From a virus (lineage: Duplodnaviria > Caudoviricetes): 57,327 nt of DNA. The stretch is from positions 1-57,327 of IMG/VR virus record IMGVR_UViG_3300027612_000001, one strand, 5' to 3'. The notes below the pieces were generated by a model. The model was not told the origin of the DNA, ran no database searches, and saw only the letters and a program-made list of their open reading frames with translations. Numbering within the stretch: position 1 is the first letter of the stretch; every line of letters starts with the position of its first letter. Positions 1 to 9,600 of the stretch are shown piece by piece. Both the position numbers and the translations under genes were made by a program.

Positions 1-127
1 CGGGCAGTGAGTCTTCTGGGTTGAACGCCTTGACGTTTTCCAAGTTCAAACTTCCAAAGCTGAACTCTTCCTCACTAGGCAAGATTGCTTGATCAGCTAT
101 GCCATGCCAGACGTAATCATCGATGTC
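1..127. repeat. Terminal direct repeat (circular assembly overlap), copy 1
   Basis: Bases 1-127 are identical to 57201-57327. 127 is a typical assembler k-mer length, and the ORF reads through the join. Confidence 0.97.
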
Positions 128-658
128 GCCGAGGTCGAAGGTGTCTGGGATGTTCCATGTATAGACATGCTGTATAGACTTGTCCTTGACCTTGATTGAG
201 CATGGAAAGACTGCGTATCCGCCATCACCCCTAAAGTCCAACCCATCAACAGCAGGCCAATCGCGACCAACTCCGCCTACCTTGTTCCTAAATTGCTGTC
301 CCTTGCCGGGATGCTTGAAGTAGAAATGCTTTCCTCTCGTCGTCTCAACAACAAACGGAGAGGTAAGGTTGTGTCTCTCTGCGTACTTGACCGCCTCTTG
401 ACTGTCGCAATCAACTACGACAATGCCCGACACAGCTCCAGTAAGTACTGCCAGATTAAAAAGATGGTTACCCCCGACACCATCCCGAAACCAACGCTCG
501 ACAAGTTCATGCGTTACCTCCTTGGTCTGGTACTCCTTCCATTCAATGAGCGGCTTCTTGCTATCGATTGATAGCGGGATGACGTTCCACCCCATCTCGA
601 TAGCTTGAGTCGCGGAATCATGGAGCGCCTGTCTCCACTTCTCTAACTCTTCAGTCAT
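1..658 (-). CDS. N-terminal Prim-Pol (bifunctional primase/polymerase) part of the primase-helicase; continues across the circular join into 57200..55867 (~663 aa in total)
   Basis: Manual translation: MTEELEKW...GWNVIPLSIDSKKPLIEWKEYQ...NLAVLTGAVSGIVVVDCD...ETTRGKHFYF...GLDFRGDGGYAVFP, which are Prim-Pol motifs. In frame with ORF 55867..57282. Missed by the ORF track. Confidence 0.9.
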   Translation of the reverse strand, partial: MTEELEKWRQALHDSATQAIEMGWNVIPLSIDSKKPLIEWKEYQTKEVTHELVERWFRDGVGGNHLFNLAVLTGAVSGIVVVDCDSQEAVKYAERHNLTSPFVVETTRGKHFYFKHPGKGQQFRNKVGGVGRDWPAVDGLDFRGDGGYAVFPCSIKVKDKSIQHVYTWNIPDTFDLGDIDDYVWHGIADQAILPSEEEFSFGSLNLENVKAFNPEDSLP

Positions 659-845
659 CGTCTTCCTCGAAATACTTCATAAAATTTAACTTTGGATAAT
701 GTTTAAGTAGCTCGCATAACGTGGGAGTACCGACGTACCCCGTGTTCTTTACGCGATAGAAGGCTGTTCTTGATTTTCCGAGCTTCTCAGAGACCGCCTT
801 CGGGCCACCGCAGTCCTCGATTAGTTGACTTCCGTTGAACTTCAT
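651..845 (-). CDS. Small Cro/CI-like HTH regulator
   Basis: 64 aa; GGPKAVSEKLGKSRTAFYRV is HTH-like; sits at a divergent promoter region and overlaps the primase start. Confidence 0.6.
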   Translation of the reverse strand: MKFNGSQLIEDCGGPKAVSEKLGKSRTAFYRVKNTGYVGTPTLCELLKHYPKLNFMKYFEEDDD

Positions 846-1030
846 TTCTTCCCCTCTCTGTTCGATGCCGAGAATACGCTGTTACATATTTGATACAAGA
901 CCTGCGATGTGTCATAGATATAAGAATGTCTTTTAGTAGATTCTTTAGAGTTGTGTTAGATGTGTGACTGGCTTAATGTAGGAATTGCTGAACTATTAGC
1001 AATTAACTTAACTTTTATGAGGTAAACATC
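846..1030. promoter_or_regulatory. AT-rich divergent promoter region with a TGT-N12-ACA site (880-897)
   Basis: Non-coding and AT-rich, between divergent operons; GAGG RBS before 1031. Confidence 0.6.
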
Positions 1031-1444
1031 ATGAGCGATTGGGATGCTTACAATTCCACGTCTGTCAGCAAGCCGGAATTCTCCAGCGCTGTTGCTGAGT
1101 ACAAGATGCTAGTCAACCAGAAGGAAGCGATTGACCAGCGAATCGAGGCACTGTCTTACCAGATCTTAGATGAAGTATCCGAGGAACCCGGAGAACACGT
1201 CTTGAGAGTTGGCGAAGAACATGTCGTACACATCCGAATACCCGAGCGTTACCAGTGGGATCAAGACGAACTCAAGAAGATCCTTGATGCAGGTAACTCT
1301 CTGCCAGATTTCGTTCGCAGGACATTGTCGGTTGATAAGCGTCGTTTCGATGCGCTCGACGATGCAGAACGGAAGACGCTCTTGCCTGCGCTCACGCGCA
1401 AACCGGGCAAGCCATCCATTAGAGTCCACGAGGTTGATCAATGA
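1031..1444 (+). CDS. Hypothetical protein of the recombination module (Gam/gp157-like coiled coil)
   Basis: Good RBS, N-terminal coiled coil, directly upstream of the Sak4-like gene. Confidence 0.5.
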   Translation: MSDWDAYNSTSVSKPEFSSAVAEYKMLVNQKEAIDQRIEALSYQILDEVSEEPGEHVLRVGEEHVVHIRIPERYQWDQDELKKILDAGNSLPDFVRRTLSVDKRRFDALDDAERKTLLPALTRKPGKPSIRVHEVDQ

Positions 1445-2256
1445 GCTTCAGTCCTTTGAATACACAAGATCACACCACGTCGTACCGGAAGTGTTTGCTT
1501 TACGGCATTCATGGATGGGGAAAGACGACGCAGTGTAAGCATTACCAAGAGCACTATGGTCCCGGCTTCATCATTAGTGGTGAGTCTGGGCTGTCGTCTG
1601 TACGCAATGCGGGCATCGATTACCTGCCCTTCACTTCTTGGGACGGGGAAACTGACCCAGACAAGGGTAAGTATTCTTTCCGCTCCATCTTTGAATGGAT
1701 CCGCACAGAAGATTTTCAAAACAGAGGGTACAAGTGGATCTGTATTGATTCGCTAACAGAGCTCTCAGATCACTCTGTCAGACATGCCGAGAACATGGCT
1801 AAGGCTCAAGCAGAGAAAACCAAAAAAGCCGTCAACGGCTTTGAGGTATGGCAGACACACGGGGCACAGTTGATCGGTGCGTGCAAGGCCATTAGAGATC
1901 TTCCGATGCATGTGCTTGTGACGGCGCTTGCAAAGAAGAGTCAGGACTCTAACGGGAACACAGAGTACTGGCCAATGATTGCTGGGAACTCAACGAAAGA
2001 ACAGTTACCCGGAATCTTCGACTGCGTCTTCTGCGGCGTAATGGATACGTCTGGCGATAGGTCTTCAAGCCTGAAGACTGTGCGCTACGTCATCACGAGT
2101 GATGCGCAGGGATGGAAAGGAAAGGTGCGTGACGAGGAGCGTCGTCTCGATGCTGTCGAACGCACAGGAAACATCGTAGATCTCATGCGTCGCATGGATG
2201 CTACGCCAGAGCAATATGCAAAGTGGCTTGAAAAGAAGGAGTCCGCAAGTGAGTGA
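1441..2256 (+). CDS. Sak4-like AAA_24 ATPase (single-strand annealing recombinase)
   Basis: Walker A GIHGWGKTT, ISGESG, ICIDSLTE and IFDCVF are the AAA_24 pattern. Confidence 0.85.
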   Translation: MSFSPLNTQDHTTSYRKCLLYGIHGWGKTTQCKHYQEHYGPGFIISGESGLSSVRNAGIDYLPFTSWDGETDPDKGKYSFRSIFEWIRTEDFQNRGYKWICIDSLTELSDHSVRHAENMAKAQAEKTKKAVNGFEVWQTHGAQLIGACKAIRDLPMHVLVTALAKKSQDSNGNTEYWPMIAGNSTKEQLPGIFDCVFCGVMDTSGDRSSSLKTVRYVITSDAQGWKGKVRDEERRLDAVERTGNIVDLMRRMDATPEQYAKWLEKKESASE

Positions 2257-2737
2257 TTTTTCATTTAACAATCTAAACCTAGAGAGCGTTGAGTTCTCAT
2301 CTGTCTCATCAGTTCTTGAGCCGGGTCGTCACGTCTGCCGTGTAGATAGCGCCGAGCTGAAGGACACCCGCACAGGCGGCAAGCAAGTTGTTCTACAGCT
2401 TGGTTCAACCGAAGGGAAGGGGAACATCCGAGCATGGATTAACGTCTTTACTCCTAGCTCAAAGCAGGCGACAGACATTGGTCGCGAGCAGTTGAAAGCA
2501 TTGCTGACTCACGGCGGACACCCGAACCCTAACCATCCGGGTGACATCAACACGCTACAAGGATTGGTTGTGGGCGTAGGCGTTTCTTCAGACACCTACA
2601 TGAAAGACGGACAAGAGCGTACTGGATCCACGGTCAGCTACTTCTTTGATCCAGCTCAGGCGTCAAAGCCCGTTGAATCATCGAAGCCTGCTGAAGCTCC
2701 TGCTCCAACGCCTAAAGACGACGAGATCCCGTTCTGA
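2249..2737 (+). CDS. DUF669-type ssDNA-binding protein
   Basis: GTG start after AGGAG; LEPGRHVCRVDSAELKDT..G motif; acidic C-terminal DDEIPF tail; follows Sak4. Confidence 0.8.
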   Translation: MSDFSFNNLNLESVEFSSVSSVLEPGRHVCRVDSAELKDTRTGGKQVVLQLGSTEGKGNIRAWINVFTPSSKQATDIGREQLKALLTHGGHPNPNHPGDINTLQGLVVGVGVSSDTYMKDGQERTGSTVSYFFDPAQASKPVESSKPAEAPAPTPKDDEIPF

Positions 2738-3540
2738 TGGATTTGCCAGATATCACGCAACAAATTAACGACGCCTTTGATGCAGAAGATCGTCAAAAGC
2801 CACGGGCATACATTGGCGCTTCTGGCGTCGGGAATCTTTGCGATGCTTATCTGGCCTTCTGTCACCGAGGCTACCCAGACGTTCCGACCGATGCGCAACT
2901 CAAGCGCATCTTCCGGGATGGTCATCGGATAGAAGACATCGTCGTAAAGGACTTACGAAAGACCGGTCTTCATGTCATGGAAGTCAACCCGATGACTAGC
3001 AAGCAGTGGCGATGGGAAGCCTACGGTGGTCATGCTATGGGTAACGCCGACGGTCTGGTAGAGATCGACGGCGAGACTCTCGGCTTAGAGATTAAGTCGA
3101 TGAACGATAGCAAGCACAAGGAGTGTGCCAAGAAGGGTGTCAAGTACAGTCACCCAAATTACTACGACCAGATGCAGTTCATGATGGGATTGTCTGGTAT
3201 CAAGAAGTTCTTGTTCGTCTCCTACAACAAGAACAATTCTTCTTACCTCCATGAGTACATTGACTTTGATGAGTTCCGATTCTCATACCTAAAGACTAGG
3301 GTCGAGACGGTTCTTCGTCAGGAGTCACGTCGCTGTGCTACAGACGAGTCAGACTGGAGATGTAAATCTTGTTTCAAAAGGGACGCCTGCTGGAGAGGCG
3401 AGCTTCCCGAGCAAAGAATAATGAGGACTTGCGGCAACGCCAAGCCGAACAAAGAAGGCGAGTGGAGTTGCGACAAGTGTTCGGATGGCGTTTGCCATGA
3501 TTGGGTTCCATACGAGCCGCTTCCTAGAGAGGGGACTTGA
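2737..3540 (+). CDS. Cas4-like PD-(D/E)XK exonuclease with Fe-S cysteines
   Basis: YIGASGVGNLC, GHRIE, ADG, LEIKS, QMQFMM, CKSCFKRDAC. Confidence 0.85.
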   Translation: MDLPDITQQINDAFDAEDRQKPRAYIGASGVGNLCDAYLAFCHRGYPDVPTDAQLKRIFRDGHRIEDIVVKDLRKTGLHVMEVNPMTSKQWRWEAYGGHAMGNADGLVEIDGETLGLEIKSMNDSKHKECAKKGVKYSHPNYYDQMQFMMGLSGIKKFLFVSYNKNNSSYLHEYIDFDEFRFSYLKTRVETVLRQESRRCATDESDWRCKSCFKRDACWRGELPEQRIMRTCGNAKPNKEGEWSCDKCSDGVCHDWVPYEPLPREGT

Positions 3541-3541
3541 G

Positions 3542-3784
3542 GTGATTAAGAATGTTAAGACTAGCAACCTAGACGAACGAGCATTGGTGATACATCACCA
3601 GATAGATTCTGTTCGCGCAAGGATTGCAGACTTGGAGTGGACATACGACCGATGCCAGAATGACGAGGCCGAGCAAATCGCGTTGTACGACGACAGACGA
3701 AAGGCTGTCGATAAACTGAGATACTTACAGGAAGAACTTTCGTCTGTTGAGCTACAGCGGCACAGGATAGGGTCTGGAAAATGA
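3542..3784 (+). CDS. Hypothetical coiled-coil protein
   Basis: Fills the operon gap; GTG start after GAGGGG; ATGA overlap with the next gene. Confidence 0.55.
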   Translation: MIKNVKTSNLDERALVIHHQIDSVRARIADLEWTYDRCQNDEAEQIALYDDRRKAVDKLRYLQEELSSVELQRHRIGSGK

Positions 3785-4326
3785 GGGACGATATCCCACC
3801 TGTTGTAGCGTTATGTGGAGTCAAGGGTTCTGGTAAGTCGTACTGCGCTAAATATCTATCAGAGAAGTACGGATACCAAGTGATCAAGTTCGCAAGCCCT
3901 ATTAAAGATATGCTACGCGCACTAGGGCTTACGAACGATCAACTAGAAGGGAACATGAAGGAGGCAAGTACTAGCTTGCTTTGTGGTCACTCAGCACGTT
4001 GGGCGATGCAAAGCCTTGGTACAGAATGGGGTAGGAAATGCATAGACGAGAACTTTTGGGTAAATCTCTGGGTAAGGAAAGCGGAGAGGTCGTTGGGTCT
4101 CGGGCTTCCGGTAGTAGTAGACGATCTTCGCTTCAGCAACGAGGCGCAAGCAGTCAGGGATCTGGACGGTCTGATACTTCAAGTATTGAAAGAAGGAGAA
4201 AACTTCGACGGCCACCAAAGCGAGGTTATCGATTTTGAATCTGACTTGCAGTTCGCTAGCGATACCATGGTAAAGCCTGTGCTAGATAACTGCCTACGTC
4301 TTTGGAAGACGGCCAAGGAGTATTAG
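3781..4326 (+). CDS. Deoxynucleoside monophosphate kinase
   Basis: GVKGSGKS P-loop, FASPIK, R.AMQSLGTEWGR, VVDDLRFSNEA. Confidence 0.9.
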   Translation: MRDDIPPVVALCGVKGSGKSYCAKYLSEKYGYQVIKFASPIKDMLRALGLTNDQLEGNMKEASTSLLCGHSARWAMQSLGTEWGRKCIDENFWVNLWVRKAERSLGLGLPVVVDDLRFSNEAQAVRDLDGLILQVLKEGENFDGHQSEVIDFESDLQFASDTMVKPVLDNCLRLWKTAKEY

Positions 4327-4523
4327 TTTTTCTTCCAGCTAATCCTTTTTGAGCTGTTCTTCTTCTTAGCCGCACTATTGCATTGTGCTTTAGTTGGTCG
4401 ACACGCAGGGTAACCTTTGCGCTTCTCGCCTTTCTGCCGACCACATGGCTTCCCGGTCTTGCAGTCAACCCAGCCTTTCCCGCCGTTTCTACTGAACCAC
4501 TTCTTTAGGCTATCGTCTGCCAC
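4323..4523 (-). CDS. Small basic Cys-containing phage protein
   Basis: LKKWF...WVDCKTGKPCGR...YPACRP pattern recalled from marine phage hypotheticals. Confidence 0.65.
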   Translation of the reverse strand: MADDSLKKWFSRNGGKGWVDCKTGKPCGRQKGEKRKGYPACRPTKAQCNSAAKKKNSSKRISWKKN

Positions 4524-4706
4524 TTACTCATCCTCTTGTGCTTTGGCGTCATCAATGATCTGCACCTTCACAAGCTCAAGAACGCCTAGCGTTTCAGGAA
4601 CCGTAAGCATTCTTTCCTCGCCCATTGCATCGATGCAATCGAGGATGTCCATTGCAAGCTCCTTGAGGTGATTCTGCTTGAAATGGCCTTGAACAACCGA
4701 GTCCAT
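4524..4706 (-). CDS. Hypothetical protein
   Basis: 60-aa ORF tightly packed in the operon. Confidence 0.55.
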   Translation of the reverse strand: MDSVVQGHFKQNHLKELAMDILDCIDAMGEERMLTVPETLGVLELVKVQIIDDAKAQEDE

Positions 4707-4888
4707 CAGTTCATCTCCACCACGTCAGACGGGATGCAGATTGCTTCGTAGTTGATCTTTGGTTGAGGCGCTGTAGCCAAGAAGTAGTCTCTTGCTTCAA
4801 AGCAATCGTTCATTTCTGCGTACACGCCTTGCGGGGCCACCATGTATCGATTTGCCTCAAGGAATAGTACGAAAAGTACCCAAGTCAT
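4706..4888 (-). CDS. Small hydrophobic-leader protein (MTWVLFVLFL...C...C)
   Basis: ATG after GGAGG; TGATG overlap with the downstream gene. Confidence 0.55.
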   Translation of the reverse strand: MTWVLFVLFLEANRYMVAPQGVYAEMNDCFEARDYFLATAPQPKINYEAICIPSDVVEMN

Positions 4889-4896
4889 AAGCCCTC

Positions 4897-5346
4897 CTAC
4901 GAGTGCTGTTTGATCCACCACAGGAGCCAGCCGATAATACCTACGCCTGACAGGACTGTGAGGGATAACACTGCGATCAAGATCGCATCCTTCACTTTCT
5001 TTTGGTGCTGTAGTTTCAAAACTACAGCACGCTTCTCGGCTTCTTTGCGCTTCTTTTTTTGGGTCGCTTGAAACTGCAACCAGTCTTCCCACATCCCAGC
5101 CCTTCCCGAATAGATCATTGCTTCCCGAAGTTCTTCTTCTCGTTTCTTGATCTGCTCTAGTGCTAGAAACTCCTGTAGATCACTACGTCTTTCAGGAGGT
5201 GTGTTGTTTACTTTTTGCTGGAGCTTCGTCTTGCTGTCGAAAAAGTCACCAAGAGATTCAGCGCAATCAAGCAGTTCTTTACCGTTTGAAAGCGCCGTCT
5301 TGATTACGGCGTAGGCGGCGTTCGCCGCCGCAAGCTCCGCAAGCAC
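4897..5346 (-). CDS. Hypothetical membrane-anchored protein (lysis region)
   Basis: Coiled coil followed by a C-terminal transmembrane helix. Confidence 0.6.
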   Translation of the reverse strand: MLAELAAANAAYAVIKTALSNGKELLDCAESLGDFFDSKTKLQQKVNNTPPERRSDLQEFLALEQIKKREEELREAMIYSGRAGMWEDWLQFQATQKKKRKEAEKRAVVLKLQHQKKVKDAILIAVLSLTVLSGVGIIGWLLWWIKQHS

Positions 5347-5349
5347 CTA

Positions 5350-5517
5350 TCACGCCCGACCGCGAGCCACTTTGCGCTGACCAGAAGCCATTACTTTCTT
5401 CTTCTGAGTCTTTGCTTGAGCGCCTGTCTTTGGCTTAGATCCTGCGCCAGTCTTAGTGACTCCACGAGATGAAGTGGTAGTCATTGTTCCGCGATTACTT
5501 TTCTTTCCGTATGCCAT
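5350..5517 (-). CDS. Small very basic protein (55 aa, MAYGKKSNRG...)
   Basis: Manual translation; AAGGAG RBS; below the ORF-track cutoff. Confidence 0.6.
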   Translation of the reverse strand: MAYGKKSNRGTMTTTSSRGVTKTGAGSKPKTGAQAKTQKKKVMASGQRKVARGRA

Positions 5518-5519
5518 GG

Positions 5520-5675
5520 TTAGTCTCCTTTAGACTTGTTTCCCCAGTTTTTTGCGCCGACCTTTCGGCACTGTACTAATGCCCCACTAGAGTAAGCTGA
5601 GGGCCAAACCTTGTAGCGAGACTTGACCTTGTTGTAACAAGCGTCTTTCTTACCCGCCGATTTCTTTGACGCCAC
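5520..5675 (-). CDS. Small basic protein (51 aa, KKDACYNKVKSRYKVWPSAYSSGALVQCRK)
   Basis: Manual translation; GTG start after AGGAG; motif recalled from marine/cyanophage hypotheticals. Confidence 0.7.
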   Translation of the reverse strand: MASKKSAGKKDACYNKVKSRYKVWPSAYSSGALVQCRKVGAKNWGNKSKGD

Positions 5676-5796
5676 GCGCCTTCTCCTTGCCCTTCAGTAC
5701 GCATGGGCATGGGCGAACTAGCATCCGATCCCTTCTACCTCCACGCGCATAACTTGTTGGGCGCTCACCTTGAGAGACGTTTCCGGTTGACTTCAT
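5650..5796 (-). CDS. Possible small basic protein (48 aa)
   Basis: Manual translation MKSTGNVSQGERP...; fills the gap after the membrane gene. Confidence 0.35.
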   Translation of the reverse strand: MKSTGNVSQGERPTSYARGGRRDRMLVRPCPCVLKGKEKARGVKEIGG

Positions 5797-5801
5797 GCCT
5801 T

Positions 5802-6257
5802 TCACTTCTTGGCACTCCCTGTGTATCTGTCACCAAACCACCACGAGATAGCCATGCCGGTAAGGAATACGACTTGATTAGCGATTGCGTCTCGACCATC
5901 TCCCGGCAGGTTGAAGAAGATGATTGCTGTCAGCGCAATAAGGAGCACAGTAAGGAATGGGCGCACCAGTCTGAGTACGGTAATGACCCAACGGTACGGC
6001 TTACCGTATGAATCGTCGTGCTTATACGAAGCCTGACGAGTCGCTTGATACGTCGCCGTCTCCTGTATCGCTTTTTCGTTCTCACGTTCCAACTGATCCG
6101 AAGCCATCTGCATTTCTTGCAGGCGAGCCTCATGAGCAAATTCCGCAAGACGCATTTCCAAGTCTTGTTTCTTCTCGAAATACGTCGACACCTTGCCGAT
6201 CACAGTTCCGAGTATCCCTGTTCCACCGCCAAGTAATGCGGTTAGTATCGCTTCCAT
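5802..6257 (-). CDS. Holin-like membrane protein
   Basis: N-terminal hydrophobic segment plus 2 C-terminal TMs (LVRPFLT...ISWWFGDR); TAATG-coupled to the endolysin. Confidence 0.65.
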   Translation of the reverse strand: MEAILTALLGGGTGILGTVIGKVSTYFEKKQDLEMRLAEFAHEARLQEMQMASDQLERENEKAIQETATYQATRQASYKHDDSYGKPYRWVITVLRLVRPFLTVLLIALTAIIFFNLPGDGRDAIANQVVFLTGMAISWWFGDRYTGSAKK

Positions 6258-6649
6258 TACCATCTAGCCTTTCTTGGTCTGTTGTCGACGTGGACGAACG
6301 TCTTGTAGCTCGTCCCTATCCCCATGAAACCAACCTCTTCGGCCGCCTCTACAATTGTCTGCTTTGATACGAACAACGGTATATCGATGGCAGTGCTTGG
6401 GTCGTCCTTAGTACAGCGATGCTGAGACCTTGGAGCGCCGCCGACGCGAGCATTGTGAAGCGGACAGCGACAAGCTGAGTTAGGCGAGAACGGCTTGCCT
6501 ATCAGCTTGCGCATTTCCTGAAGTTTCCACAGAGCGTCTTCTTCCAAATGGAAGAGTGGTTCTTCGTCTTGGGAGAAAGAGCAAGAGCCGTCACAGCCCT
6601 TGCATCTCAGCTCGGCAAACGTGAAGTTCGGGGTTGCCCACTTGCTCAT
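6257..6649 (-). CDS. Peptidase M15A endolysin
   Basis: NFTFAELRC, SACRCPLHN..VGGAPRSQH, AIDI, GIG, FVHVD. Confidence 0.9.
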   Translation of the reverse strand: MSKWATPNFTFAELRCKGCDGSCSFSQDEEPLFHLEEDALWKLQEMRKLIGKPFSPNSACRCPLHNARVGGAPRSQHRCTKDDPSTAIDIPLFVSKQTIVEAAEEVGFMGIGTSYKTFVHVDNRPRKARW

Positions 6650-9600
6650 AGGTCACCAAAGTTTGAGAAGCCACTTCCCTGAGAGCTAAACGAAGCCCCT
6701 GACCCACGGCTTGCAGACGTAGGCTCTCCGCCAATTCCAGCCGCCGCTTCACGGAACGCTCGTGAGCTACCAAGGACTGGGACTCGAGTTGCGATCTTTC
6801 TGAACGCTTCTCTTGCTGTCCCCGTAGGCTCGCCTTCTTCGCGGAATACAAAGTCACTGAGACCTTGACCTGTCTGCACTGCATCGACTCCCGCTCCGAA
6901 GCTAGGTCCAGCGAGTGAAGACATAATCCGCATTGTTCCGTACATTCCGTTGTCAGCCTGTTGAGCAGTGTTGTAGAGGAGTTCTGCGAACAGACCCAAT
7001 CCACCCATTGCAAGCAAGCCTTCAAAGTAATGGCCAAGCGCTTCGTCGTAAGGTCCGTCCTTCTCGACCAAGCCCATCGACTCAGTGAACTTCATGAGTT
7101 CAGTGATTCGACGCTCACGGCTTCCTGATGTTGGATTACCTTCATCATCTTCGCCTCGAGACTGAATGATGTCTTTGATGTAGTTGGCGCTTGCGCCCAT
7201 TCCCGCACCGGCAGTAGCCAAGTAAAGGGCAGGCATTGGCGATCCACCTTCGCGACGAACCCACTTGTTGAAGTTATCCATGACTCCGCCACGGCTGAAT
7301 GCCATTCGAGACATCATCAACGGGAACGACTTGAGCTGGAAGATGACCTGACCAATCGGTCCTTGAGCCCAAAGCGGTACGTCGTTAGGGTTTGGTGTGA
7401 ACACCGCCTCGTTAGTGAATCGAAGCATGCCGTACCGAAGCGCGTTGCCAGCGATCTCATCTGAATCCTTCAGTGAGTCGATCGATTTAGCGCTTAAAGC
7501 CAAGAAGTCGTAGTCTGCGTTTTCTCCCGTCAAGCCGTAGCGAGACAGGAAGTTGACCGCATATTTGTAGGCGTTGGAGTCTACGTTGCCTTCCGCTCTC
7601 AGACGCATCGCCCGGTTCACTTCCATCTTGAACGCTTCGTAACCAACCATCGATGAGATTTCTCGCATCGTGTTTGTCCAAGTTGTCAGGCCCGTGAAGT
7701 TAAAGAACGAGTTCGAGAAACGCTGGTTTCCTTCACCGCCCATCTGGACCATGCGATCGTGGACTAGGTTTTCTATGCCTGTACCGATGCTCTTCGCAAA
7801 ACGTCTGTACTCTGGATCACCCATGTAGCTTGTCAGCGACTTAATGAACGCTCGGAAGTTGCCGCTTCTGACGATCGGTAACACTAAGTCAGGCAAAGAC
7901 GTAAGCGTTGTCGCGCCGAGTAGCGATACACTGTTAAATGTCCGCAATGAACGGCTTGCTGTGTGTTGCCATTCCTGACCTGTGGTTCCGTCTTTTGGTC
8001 GCTTGTTAAGAACACGCATCATTTCTGTCATGTTCTTGTTGGCTTGACGAGTTGGCGGTGCATCAGGGAAATCAGCCGCACCGTTAATGATGCCGTCGAT
8101 ACGAGCAAGCAGTTGCTTGTTATCGCGTTGCTGTGGAGGATACGCATTTAAGATGATGTTCTTGGCACGCATCTTCGTAAGAGATGAATCTCCGCCATCC
8201 TTGAGGACATCAAATGCTTCGTTGACGATCTGCTCAATAAGCAGTGGATCTTCACGAAGTGCTGGGATGTATGCGTCTGGCTTAATGAAAGTCTGCTCTT
8301 CTGAGCGAAGACCTGTGTCAACCATGCGAGTCTTGTCTGAAGCAAGGATCTTGGCGGCGGCTTCTGCTCCGCCATTCGCTGTGTCGGCGTATGCCGCAAA
8401 CCCATGGCCATCTACTCCGAACTTGTCTGAAAGCGCACGCTTACGGACAGTCTTATCGAAGTACTTGGTAATGATTCCCTCGAGATCATTCTCCATGAAT
8501 TGCTGTAGTTCAACAGCTTCAGGCATGTCTGGAGTCAGGCGAATCATCCGGCGGTAGAATGGATTCGTTACTGCGTTGTGCATCAATGACTCGTCAACCA
8601 AGCCATCGGAATCCAAGAACCTTCTGACGATGTCTTCCGACATCTTATCGATAGCCTTCCGGTCTTTAGCTACTCCATCAAAGCCCGGTGTTGACTGCTC
8701 GCGAACAAAGTACTGAGCAAGTATCTTGCGGAATCCTTCTGGGTTCTCACGGATAGCCTCTACATCCCACATTTGTGGTACATAGAAGTCGCTACCATTC
8801 TGGCGGACATCACCAACCTGAATACCAGCTTCACGCATGCGCGAAAGTTCTTTGTCGAAAGCATTCGCGATATCTAATGCGATACGGCGCTCTTGCGGTG
8901 ACAGGTTCATAACAGCTTCCTTGCCTAGGCGCAGTGCCGATATGATCCGGTCATGGCTTTCTGGCTGGCGAGCACGTCTTGATGTCAGCGTGTAACCAAT
9001 CCCGCCTTCCATCTGAGTGGCCTGTGGGATTAGACCAGAGTTTCTCTGCATCCAACGCTTCAAGGCTCCCGGAGAGTCAGGTAGCGCACGAAGCTGTGCA
9101 GAGATTGGATGGACGATCCGATTGAGATCTACGTCGTGGCGCTCAAAGATGCCGACCCCATCAAGAGGCTTGATGATGTTGGCCAGCCACTTAGCTCCCA
9201 TGTTGCGTAAAGCAATGCTGTTCTCTGAGAAGGCATTGATAAACGTAGAAGATTTGGTAACTCGGTCAATATCGTTTACGCCTAGCGCTCGGCCTTCGAC
9301 CATTCGACGTAGTGGGCGAACCATCTCGTCTGGAGCTCCTGCGGCGACGGCTTGGCTGACGACCATTGGGGCTGAGTCTCTGCTCAACGGCTCACCTGTG
9401 AACTCCATGTAATCGGCGATTGAAGTACCAACTGATGAGTGCTGAGATACAGGCTTAGACGCGGATCTTGCATCGCTCTTCTTCCAGCCGTCTGCCAAAT
9501 GGTGAACGCTGTTGCCAGAGAAGACGATCGTTACGTCTTCGTGCACAGCCCCATCGAATCCAGCTTTTTTGAGCGCTGAGTTGAGCGCCTCAACAGCAGA

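Noticed and set aside
1-127. 127-bp repeat as a biological terminal repeat
   Set aside because: It lies mid-gene and equals a common assembler k-mer length, so it is a circularisation artefact
2737-3540. Cas4-like gene as part of a CRISPR system
   Set aside because: No repeat-spacer array or other cas genes; it sits in a standard Sak4-SSB-nuclease recombination module
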